This document shows, piece after piece, positions 10,769 through 18,338 of a stretch of DNA of 34,094 nucleotides. Every line of letters begins with the position of its first letter. Position 1 is the stretch's first letter. Both the position numbers and the translations under genes were made by a program. This DNA comes from Eubacteriales bacterium (GTDB lineage: Bacteria > Bacillota > Clostridia > Oscillospirales > CAG-272): assembly GCA_045121195.1 (NCBI GenBank), contig JBGVFO010000174.1, forward strand, positions 1 to 34,094. Reading direction: 5' to 3'. The notes under the pieces are model-generated. The model was not told where the DNA came from and made no database searches. It saw only the letters and a program-made list of their open reading frames with translations.

Positions 10769-12658
10769 ATGACAGAAAAGAAATATATAACTGAAAACGC
10801 CGAGTTGATGAGGGAATGGGATTGGGGACAAAATAATGCGATTGGGCTTGATCCTCAAAAACTTTCTATCGGATCTCAAAAAGTTGCTTTTTGGATTTGT
10901 TCAACTCATGGAACAAAATTCAAACAAGCAATACGTGCAAGAGAACGGGGGCAAAGAGGATGCCCAGAATGTTTGAATGAATGGAAAAATTCTATAAGTC
11001 GAAAAAGGTATATTGATGGAAAAAAGGTTTTAGCCGAAACTCATCCAAATTTAGTTACAGAATGGGTTAGTTGTGATAACCCCAAATTCACTCCATATAC
11101 TTGCGTAGCTGGTTCAAATATAAAAGTGAAATGGAAATGTCAAAAGTGTGGCGGTGAATATGATGCATATATTGTTAATCGCACAAAGCAAGGTTCATCT
11201 TGTCCTTATTGTGCAAATCAAAAGGTGCTTATAGGATACAATGATTTGCAATCACAAATTCCCGCTTTGGCTGCCGAATGGAGCAATAAAAATACTATAA
11301 AACCGACCGAGGTCACAGCACACTCAAAAAAAGAATTTTATTGGATTTGTCCGCTGGGACATGATGATTATCCCATGTCTGTCAAGCGACGTAGCAATAG
11401 ACAAGGTTGCCCTGTTTGCGCTCAGCAAAGCCAAACCTCTTTTCCCGAGCAAGCTATTTACTATTATCTTAAACAAGTGTTTCCTGACACATTAAATAGG
11501 TACATATCGGATAAACGTGAAATCGATATATTTATTCCATCGAAAAACATCGGATTTGAATATAATGGATATTTTTCGCACAAGAAGAAAGCGGAAAAGG
11601 ATGCCGCCAAAAAGACTTTCTTTCATTCGGTCGGCGTAACTTTATTTATCATCAAAGAATACAAAACAGAAGAAGAAAGAGACAATGCGGATTATTATAT
11701 TCACGAAAGAACGACTTTCAAGAATTTAAATAATTTGATTAGAAAAATTCTTTTGGATTTAAATGTTGAAACGTCGGTTGATGTTGATTGCGAAAGAGAT
11801 GCTATTGCAATTAAAAATCAATATGTTATCTTGCGTAAAGAAAATAGTATCGCTGCTGTCCGTCCAGATTTAGTTGTGTTTTGGGATTACGAGAAAAACG
11901 GCTCAATAACGCCTGAAATGGTCACGCTTGGAACAGGTCAACGCTTCTATTGGAAATGTCGGATTTGTAACAGTTCTTATTTAAATTGGCCGAGCAGAAT
12001 AGCACAAGGAAGCGTATGCTCAAAGCATCGCAATCTCGTAAAGAAAGGTATAAATGATTTAGCAACACTACACCCAGAATTACTAAAATATTGGGACTAT
12101 GATAAAAACGATGTTGATCCGTCAGAAATATATGGTGGCGGAGAACGAGTAGTATATTGGAAATGCGAGAAAGGACATAGCTATCCGAAATCTATTTTAA
12201 AGCATGTGCGTGGTGAGGGATGTCCTATCTGTGCCGGTAAAAAGGTATTGGCAGGGTTTAATGATCTTCTGTCTCAAAACCCAGAACTCGCTAAAGAATG
12301 GGATTACGAACTTAATGACTGCCAGCCGGATCAAATTCACTATAATAGTCAGTCAAAAAAAGTTCATTGGATTTGCTCTGTGTGTGGTCATAGGTGGCAA
12401 TACAAAGTAAGTAACAGAAATAATTGTCCTGAATGCGAAAAAAAGAAAAAACAAATCAATGTGTATGATGCTGTTGATTTAACTTTTATAGGAACATTCG
12501 ATGATATCAAGGCATTATGCGAATATTTGGGGCTGAATTACAAAAAGCAACACGGAAATATTTCTTCAGCTTGCGGTCGAAAGCAGAAAACATTAATGGG
12601 AAAGTACATCTTACGTCACGCCAATGATGATGAATATGAAAATAAAACACAGCGTTAA
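10769..12658 (+). CDS. Multi zinc-ribbon repeat protein with central restriction-endonuclease-like domain
   Basis: Repeats of P.L..EW...KN...P......S...WxC...GH...GCPxC; central TSFPEQ...EIDIFIP..IGFEYNG..H. Confidence 0.8.
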   Translation: MTEKKYITENAELMREWDWGQNNAIGLDPQKLSIGSQKVAFWICSTHGTKFKQAIRARERGQRGCPECLNEWKNSISRKRYIDGKKVLAETHPNLVTEWVSCDNPKFTPYTCVAGSNIKVKWKCQKCGGEYDAYIVNRTKQGSSCPYCANQKVLIGYNDLQSQIPALAAEWSNKNTIKPTEVTAHSKKEFYWICPLGHDDYPMSVKRRSNRQGCPVCAQQSQTSFPEQAIYYYLKQVFPDTLNRYISDKREIDIFIPSKNIGFEYNGYFSHKKKAEKDAAKKTFFHSVGVTLFIIKEYKTEEERDNADYYIHERTTFKNLNNLIRKILLDLNVETSVDVDCERDAIAIKNQYVILRKENSIAAVRPDLVVFWDYEKNGSITPEMVTLGTGQRFYWKCRICNSSYLNWPSRIAQGSVCSKHRNLVKKGINDLATLHPELLKYWDYDKNDVDPSEIYGGGERVVYWKCEKGHSYPKSILKHVRGEGCPICAGKKVLAGFNDLLSQNPELAKEWDYELNDCQPDQIHYNSQSKKVHWICSVCGHRWQYKVSNRNNCPECEKKKKQINVYDAVDLTFIGTFDDIKALCEYLGLNYKKQHGNISSACGRKQKTLMGKYILRHANDDEYENKTQR

Positions 12659-12680
12659 TTGTAAATGGAGGTAGGAAAAA

Positions 12681-13727
12681 ATGTTCTTCTTCGAACAACA
12701 AAAGTGGAAAAAAGTTGAGTATTCTCGAAGCAAAATTATTAAGTCGGGAAAAATAATCAAAGATACTTCCGCAACAGAAGATCAAATCAAAGAGGCTACT
12801 GCCGTGATTGATAATTGGCGAGCCGCACATGCATACCCCCTTCACGTGATTTACACTCATTTACGAAGAATGGCAAGTAATAGACCAAACATAATCGTTG
12901 CTGAACGATTGAAACGATTAGATTCAATTATTAACAAGTTAAAGCGCGAGCCCTCTATGAGCTTGTGGACTATGCAAGATTTGGGCGGGTGTAGATATAT
13001 CGTTCCTAAAATTAAAGATGTGTATGGAAGTGCAAATCAATACGAATCCTCACGAAAAAGGCATTTGAAAGTGGATGAATACGATTATATTGAGCATCCT
13101 AAAACATCCGGATATAGAAGTTATCATGTTGTTTATGAATATAAAAGTGATGTCAATGATACATACAACAAAAACATGATGGTTGAGATCCAATTTAGAA
13201 CTCACTTGCAGCACGTTTGGGCAACGGCGGTTGAAACAATGGGCTTATTCACAAAGCAAGCAATAAAATCGGGGCAAGGCTCCGATGATGTCAAGAGATT
13301 CTTTGCTTTAGTATCATCTTTGTTTGCGATTAAAGAGAACTGTCCTTTGGTTCCGGGAACTCCTACTGACATTGACGAAATTGTATCAGAGATTGAGGAA
13401 ATCAACAGTCGGTGCAATTATATAGATATGTTAAGTGCCATTCGTGTTGCGGTAGATGACCAAGATAACAAACACTTTCAACAACAAGGATATTATATTT
13501 TGATATTGAATTATAATACCCGTATGCTAAAAGTAAAACACTTTAAGCCGAGTCAACTTGAAGCAGCTACTGAAATATATCAAAGCATAGAGAGAACACG
13601 TGCAGAATCTAAAATTGATGCAGTTTTGGTACGTGTTGATTCCTTCAAGACATTGAAGTCGGCTTATCCAAACTACTTTTCTGATATTGGAGAATTTATC
13701 AGCTTGGTGAAATCATATCTTTCGTAA
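12681..13727 (+). CDS. RelA/SpoT-domain toxSAS with C-terminal antitoxin-like region (CapRel-like)
   Basis: NWRAAHAYP, RLKRLDSI..KL, QDLGGCR, GYRSYH, EIQFRT..QH.WATAVE, C-terminal AYPNYF.D (YxxY). Confidence 0.8.
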   Translation: MFFFEQQKWKKVEYSRSKIIKSGKIIKDTSATEDQIKEATAVIDNWRAAHAYPLHVIYTHLRRMASNRPNIIVAERLKRLDSIINKLKREPSMSLWTMQDLGGCRYIVPKIKDVYGSANQYESSRKRHLKVDEYDYIEHPKTSGYRSYHVVYEYKSDVNDTYNKNMMVEIQFRTHLQHVWATAVETMGLFTKQAIKSGQGSDDVKRFFALVSSLFAIKENCPLVPGTPTDIDEIVSEIEEINSRCNYIDMLSAIRVAVDDQDNKHFQQQGYYILILNYNTRMLKVKHFKPSQLEAATEIYQSIERTRAESKIDAVLVRVDSFKTLKSAYPNYFSDIGEFISLVKSYLS

Positions 13728-13751
13728 TAATTTGGCGACATATTTGGCAAT

Positions 13752-13803
13752 AAAGCCGTTATCAAAGCGTGATTGACACGCCGCGATAGCGGCCTTTCCT
13801 TTC
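13752..13803 (+). terminator. Probable terminator of defence operon
   Basis: GCCGTTATC..GCGTG / CACGC..GATAGCGGC stem followed by pyrimidine tract. Confidence 0.55.
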
Positions 13804-13823
13804 TAAAAATTTCGTAAAGCCTA

Positions 13824-13874
13824 TTGACAAAATTTCATTCGTATGCTATAATTACTACGCGGTACAAATGTACC
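13824..13874 (+). promoter_or_regulatory. Consensus sigma-A promoter with downstream palindromic operator
   Basis: TTGACA 13824-13829, 17 bp, TGcTATAAT 13844-13852; GGTACA-aa-TGTACC at 13861-13874. Confidence 0.85.
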
Positions 13875-13895
13875 TCGAATAAAACGGAGGCATTT

Positions 13896-14501
13896 ATGAA
13901 TAAGTGGAGTCCCGAGAGGGCGGAGGCGATCCGCCAATTTATAGACGACTATTTCATGGAGAACCGCAAGTCTCCGACGGTGCGCGACATTGCGGCAGGT
14001 ACGGGTATCTCCAAGACCTCGGTGCAGAGATACCTCACCGATATGAAAGAGCACGGAGAGATCGAATACAACGGTCGACGCAGCATCGGAACAAATCTTT
14101 CTCGAAATATGTTTGAAACTACGCCCGCGATTCGATACGATTCCACCGTGTCATGCGGGTTGCCGAGTGAACCGAACGTGGAAGAAGCAGACATCATTCC
14201 ACTCCCTACCGCGCTTGTTGGTGACGGAAAGTTTTTCATACTTACTGCTAAAGGTGACTCAATGACGGGCATTGGAGTTGACGATGGCGATCTCGTTATC
14301 GTGCGCGAGCAGAACACTTGCAAGGACGGAGACTATGCTGTTGTCCTTGTAAACGGAACTGAAACGCTGCTCAAAACGATAACCTATCTTCCCGATAAGA
14401 AAGCATATTTGCTTCACGCTGAAAATCCCGATTACGATGATCGTATTGAGCGCAACGTGCAGATTCAAGGAATTGCTACACAAGTTATAAAGAAACTTTG
14501 A
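13896..14501 (+). CDS. LexA-like repressor (winged HTH + S24 peptidase)
   Basis: SPTVRDIAAGTGIS HTH, VSCG cleavage site, GDSM Ser, TLLK Lys; GGAGG RBS before ATG 13896. Confidence 0.88.
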   Translation: MNKWSPERAEAIRQFIDDYFMENRKSPTVRDIAAGTGISKTSVQRYLTDMKEHGEIEYNGRRSIGTNLSRNMFETTPAIRYDSTVSCGLPSEPNVEEADIIPLPTALVGDGKFFILTAKGDSMTGIGVDDGDLVIVREQNTCKDGDYAVVLVNGTETLLKTITYLPDKKAYLLHAENPDYDDRIERNVQIQGIATQVIKKL

Positions 14502-14514
14502 CAACTCTCTGCTT

Positions 14515-14870
14515 GTCTATCAGTCTTAGCAAGCACTGCTTTTGGATATCCAAAAGCCATTCTTGCTAATATGTCCGTTGGTCTTAGCAAGCATCGCGTT
14601 TGTCATGACAAACGGTCCAACGGTCTCAGCAAGCATCGCCGTTGTGTCCCAAATCCCAACGGAAACAAAAAAATGTATTCAATGTGTCTGCTTGTCTTAG
14701 CAAGCATCGCGGTTGGACGCCCAAAGCCAACCGAAAGAAAATACATCAGTCGCAGCAAGCACTGCCTTTGTGTACCAAAGCTGTCTGTCAGTCTTAGCAA
14801 GCACTGGATTTGGGCGTCCAAATCCGTCTATTAGTCGCAGCAAGCACTGCTTTTGTCATGACAGACAAAA
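14515..14870 (-). repeat. Array of 7 units: variable inverted repeat + conserved core (candidate oriT-mimic array)
   Basis: + strand core GTC(T/G)(T/C)AGCAAGCA(CT/TC)G at 14523, 14581, 14623, 14694, 14749, 14791, 14834, each followed at fixed distance by TTG-N5/6-CA(A/G)A inside a hairpin. Confidence 0.9.
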
Positions 14871-14890
14871 CCTTAGGAGGTAAATGTAAT

Positions 14891-15214
14891 TTGAAGGTCA
14901 AAGAAATGTTAAATAGAATGATCGACATTCTCAAAGATAAGCACACCACGTGGGTTTATTTAGAGCTTCCACAAATTAACGTTGAAGCACTGCGCAAAAG
15001 AATCATTGCGATTCTAAAGGACAAGCACGGTGGTGCGAATATGGGATTGGATATCCCCGATGATGAAATCGAAGCTCTCGCTGATGTGCTCCTTCCCGGT
15101 GTTATAAAATTCTTCTCCTCTGATGAATGGCGCGCGGAGCTTGACGCGTGGAGGAAAGAGCAAGAATTATTAGCGCAGAATAAGATTCAAGCTGCCGAAA
15201 ATAAAGTATCTTAA
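14891..15214 (+). CDS. Small hypothetical protein upstream of recombinase, with internal duplication
   Basis: AGGAGG at 14875-14880, TTG start (ATG 14906 alternative); ILKDKH...L..P....EAL occurs twice. Confidence 0.65.
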   Translation: MKVKEMLNRMIDILKDKHTTWVYLELPQINVEALRKRIIAILKDKHGGANMGLDIPDDEIEALADVLLPGVIKFFSSDEWRAELDAWRKEQELLAQNKIQAAENKVS

Positions 15215-15246
15215 TCCTCACGTTATCGTGACAGAAAGGAGAGTCA

Positions 15247-16725
15247 ATGACAGGAGTAATATACGCTCGATATTCCTCGGACAATCAGCGAGAGGAATCG
15301 ATTGAAGGTCAGCTCCGTGAATGTCAAGCCTTCGCCAAGAAGAATGACATCACCCTGCTTGAACCTTATATAGACCGCGCCCTATCGGCAAAGACAGACA
15401 ACCGCCCGAACTTTCAAAAGATGATCAAAGATAGCGCGGCGAAAAAGTTTGACATTGTTATAGTTTGGAAGTTGGATAGATTTGCCCGCAATCGTTTCGA
15501 TTCGGCACACTACAAAAGTGTTCTCCGCAAGAATGGCGTGAAGGTCGTATCCGCAACCGAAGCGATCTCCGAAGGCGCAGAAGGTATCCTTCTTGAATCA
15601 ATGCTCGAAGGTATGGCTGAATACTACTCTGCTGAGCTCTCTGAGAAAGTGGTACGAGGTCTGACCGAAAACGCGCTCAAATGCAAATACAATGGCGGTA
15701 CACTTCCCATCGGATATACAGTTGATGAAAATCAATTCTTCCAAGTTGATCCCGTCACCGCACCTGCTGTTCTTGATGCGTTCAAGAAATACGCCAAGGG
15801 CGCAACGATGCAAGAGATCACCGACGAGCTAAATATCAAAGGTATTCGCACAGTCAGAGGAACGAAGATTAGCCTTAACACCGTGACAAGAATGCTACAC
15901 AACCGCCGATACATAGGTGAGTATCAATATCGTGATGTGGTTGTTCCCAACGGAATCCCCGCTATCGTTCCTGCTAAGTTGTTCGAACAAGTCCAAGAGA
16001 GAGCCGCCGCAAACAAGAAGGCTCCCGCCAAGCACAAAGCCGAGGACGAGTATCTGCTGACAACAAAACTGTTCTGCGGTTATTGTAAGTGTCTGATTAC
16101 GGGAGAAAGCGGAACGAGTCATACGATGGAAGTCCATCGCTATTACAAATGCCGAGGAACTCGTAAGGGTGGAACGTGTAAGAAGAAAACCATCAAGAAG
16201 AAATGGATCGAAGAAGTAGTGATTCTGCTCATTCAGAAGTTCATCTTTGACGATGAATTGCTCGACAGACTTGCAGATATGCTGATCGCCAAGCTCAATG
16301 CCGAGAGCAGCACGCTCCCGATTCTTCGCAAGCAGCTTGATGAAATCGAAAAAGGCATTGACAATCTTGTCAACGCCATTCAAGCGGGAATTCTCACCGC
16401 ATCAACCAAGCAACGTCTTGAGCAACTCGAAGCCGAAAAGAGCGAGATCTCGGTGCAGATTCTCAAAGAAGAAATTGCTAAACCCACGGTTACAAAAGAC
16501 GATATACTCGCGTATCTTATCAAGTACCGCAAGCTTAATATGAAACAGCTTGACCACCGCCGCCGTCTGATCGATAGCTTCGTCAATGCGATCTATCTGT
16601 TCGACGACTACTTGGTCATTGCATTCAACTATAAGGAAGGCACAAAAACAATCACCTTTGCCGAAATTGAGGAGGCATTTGGTTCGGATTTATCATCACT
16701 CACTGCACCAAATAAGGAACAGTAG
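15247..16725 (+). CDS. Large serine recombinase (resolvase + recombinase + Zn-ribbon + coiled coil)
   Basis: IYARYSS catalytic Ser, DRALSAK...RPNFQKMI, KLDRFARNR, YLLTTKLFCGYC, YYKC; C-terminus runs through attR. Confidence 0.96.
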   Translation: MTGVIYARYSSDNQREESIEGQLRECQAFAKKNDITLLEPYIDRALSAKTDNRPNFQKMIKDSAAKKFDIVIVWKLDRFARNRFDSAHYKSVLRKNGVKVVSATEAISEGAEGILLESMLEGMAEYYSAELSEKVVRGLTENALKCKYNGGTLPIGYTVDENQFFQVDPVTAPAVLDAFKKYAKGATMQEITDELNIKGIRTVRGTKISLNTVTRMLHNRRYIGEYQYRDVVVPNGIPAIVPAKLFEQVQERAAANKKAPAKHKAEDEYLLTTKLFCGYCKCLITGESGTSHTMEVHRYYKCRGTRKGGTCKKKTIKKKWIEEVVILLIQKFIFDDELLDRLADMLIAKLNAESSTLPILRKQLDEIEKGIDNLVNAIQAGILTASTKQRLEQLEAEKSEISVQILKEEIAKPTVTKDDILAYLIKYRKLNMKQLDHRRRLIDSFVNAIYLFDDYLVIAFNYKEGTKTITFAEIEEAFGSDLSSLTAPNKEQ

Positions 16726-16757
16726 ATTGATACAATCGTATCGACCTACTGTTTTTT
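16718..16757 (+). terminator. Intrinsic terminator just beyond attR
   Basis: AACAGTAG-a-TTGATAC-aatc-GTATCGA-c-CTACTGTT then T-tract. Confidence 0.75.
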
Positions 16758-17087
16758 ATTTCACCGTCAGGTGAAATGTTTTATCGTTAAAAATTAGCCG
16801 AAAGTCCTTGATTTACAAGCGCTTTTTTGTTTTCGTGGTGCATTTCGGTATATGTGGTGCCTATATCTTGTGTCTCGGACGTCCTAAAATGCAGAAAAGC
16901 ACTACTCCCCGTCAAGGTGTAGTGCCTTCCTATCGTTAAAAGACCGCTATTCGTTAAATTACTGATTTTAATGGAAAGATTTATAAAAATTCTTTTGTTT
17001 CTTATTGACATCGCATAAAAAGTGTGATGTGCTGTTAGCAAAGGAGCGAACAAGCGAACAGCTATCGCTTTTTAAGGAGGTACGACT

Positions 17088-17459
17088 ATGAATTTCGGAG
17101 AATTTATTAAGCAAAAACGCACGGAAAAAGGGTTGAATCTTCGTAAGCTTGCAGAACTGATGGATATCGCTCCCGCCTATTTAAGCGATATTGAAAAAGG
17201 CAAACGCAACTCTCCTTCACCGGAGAAAATGTCAAAGCTTGCAGAACTGCTGGAACTGACCGAAGAAGAGGTTCTTTTGATGAATGACCTTGCAGCAGAG
17301 GCTCGCACTAATACCGTTGCTCCAGACATTTCTGAATACGTAATGAGCAATGGCTCCGTACGCATTGCGCTCCGCAAAGCCAGAGAACTCAATCTCGGTG
17401 ACAAAGAGTGGATGCAAATTATTGAATCTATGACAAAGGATGAAACAGAAGGTACTTAA
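17088..17459 (+). CDS. XRE-family HTH regulator
   Basis: FGEFIKQKR..KGLNLRKLA....IAPAYLSDIEKGKR; AAGGAGG RBS. Confidence 0.92.
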   Translation: MNFGEFIKQKRTEKGLNLRKLAELMDIAPAYLSDIEKGKRNSPSPEKMSKLAELLELTEEEVLLMNDLAAEARTNTVAPDISEYVMSNGSVRIALRKARELNLGDKEWMQIIESMTKDETEGT

Positions 17460-18149
17460 ATGATCTACACCAAGGAAAAACTTGAAGAATTAGCCGATTC
17501 CATAAACAAAGAATATTTTCCCGCAAGGCTTACTTCTGCAAGCCCTTTGGATTGTTACGACCTTTTGGACGCATTAGGATGTGAGGTTGAATGGAAGTAC
17601 ATTTCCCCCGACGATAGCATTCTTGGTGCCACATTTTTCGATGACGGTTATTGGTATATATGGCCCGATGGAACTTTTCATAAAGGTGATATGTTTACTA
17701 CTGAATATTTTCCCAAAGGCACTATTCTTATCAATCAACGTGTTCTGGATTCAAAGGCAAAAACTGCTCGTGGAAGCGAGAATTTTATAGTCGGTCACGA
17801 ATGTGCGCATTGGATTAAAGACCAAGAATATTTTAGCAAACACGCTGCAAAAGATGTTTTCCACGTTTGCAAGAAAAATGACTTTGGTTCTACATGGTGG
17901 AATAATTCTATGAGCAAACTTGAAATAATTGAGCGTCAAACGAATTATCTCGACGCTGCCATCTTAATGCCACGTGATGTGATTCGATCTGAATTTTTTA
18001 GAATTTCTCGTTATAAAAACATTCCAAACCAACCGCTCGAATTCAAAAATTATATGAAGAAATGGATTGCCGTGCTTTCGCAGAAGTTCGGAGTAAACTT
18101 CAACCCGGTAAAATACCGTCTTCAAGATTTAGGAATCATATCGAGGTGA
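17460..18149 (+). CDS. ImmA/IrrE family metallo-endopeptidase
   Basis: ENFIVGHECAHW (HExxH), E.QTNY..AAILMP, LSQKFGV...V.YRL..LG; coupled to XRE gene. Confidence 0.88.
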   Translation: MIYTKEKLEELADSINKEYFPARLTSASPLDCYDLLDALGCEVEWKYISPDDSILGATFFDDGYWYIWPDGTFHKGDMFTTEYFPKGTILINQRVLDSKAKTARGSENFIVGHECAHWIKDQEYFSKHAAKDVFHVCKKNDFGSTWWNNSMSKLEIIERQTNYLDAAILMPRDVIRSEFFRISRYKNIPNQPLEFKNYMKKWIAVLSQKFGVNFNPVKYRLQDLGIISR

Positions 18150-18338
18150 GCAATTTTATCAAAAGGGGTGATGCTTATAATTTTGTATGCGGCATAAGAA
18201 ACTGCTACCAACGGTGACTTATGCATTTCGGAAAACTGAATATTCAGGGGATATAAGAGTTCTTCAGTAAGCCGTTGTATTCTTATCCCCTACCTTTACT
18301 ACTATTTTAAATTTTTCAGAAAGGTAGGTGAATAACCT

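Larger units (their letters stand above)
8504..16712. mobile_element. Integrative element (serine recombinase, tRNA-Leu 3' target, no relaxase) carrying defence cargo
   Basis: GCACCAAA direct repeat at 8504-8511 and 16705-16712; joining the ends gives an 11-bp inverted repeat GGTTCGGATTT / AAATCCGAACC around the core; tnpV at left end, recombinase at right end; low-GC interior. Confidence 0.85.

Noticed and set aside
13824-13895. N-terminal extension of the LexA-like ORF
   Set aside because: The TTG start is the -35 box of the promoter; RBS and ATG are at 13886-13898
14540-14864. Restriction-site decoys (GATATC, TCATGA, GRCGYC)
   Set aside because: Any hairpin centre tends to look like a restriction site, and TGTCC does not fit; the constant spacing to the conserved core is better explained otherwise
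14515-14870. CRISPR array
   Set aside because: Repeat core is only ~17 nt and degenerate, spacing is irregular (42-71 bp), the variable parts are themselves related palindromes, and no cas gene is in the window
14515-14870. Type III toxin-antitoxin RNA repeats
   Set aside because: Units are not near-identical tandem repeats and no ToxN/CptN/TenpN-like gene is recognisable downstream
14571-14890. Short ORFs over the array (14571-14834 +, 14603-14821 -, and the 14810 start)
   Set aside because: Repetitive peptides simply mirror the DNA repeat; no RBS seen
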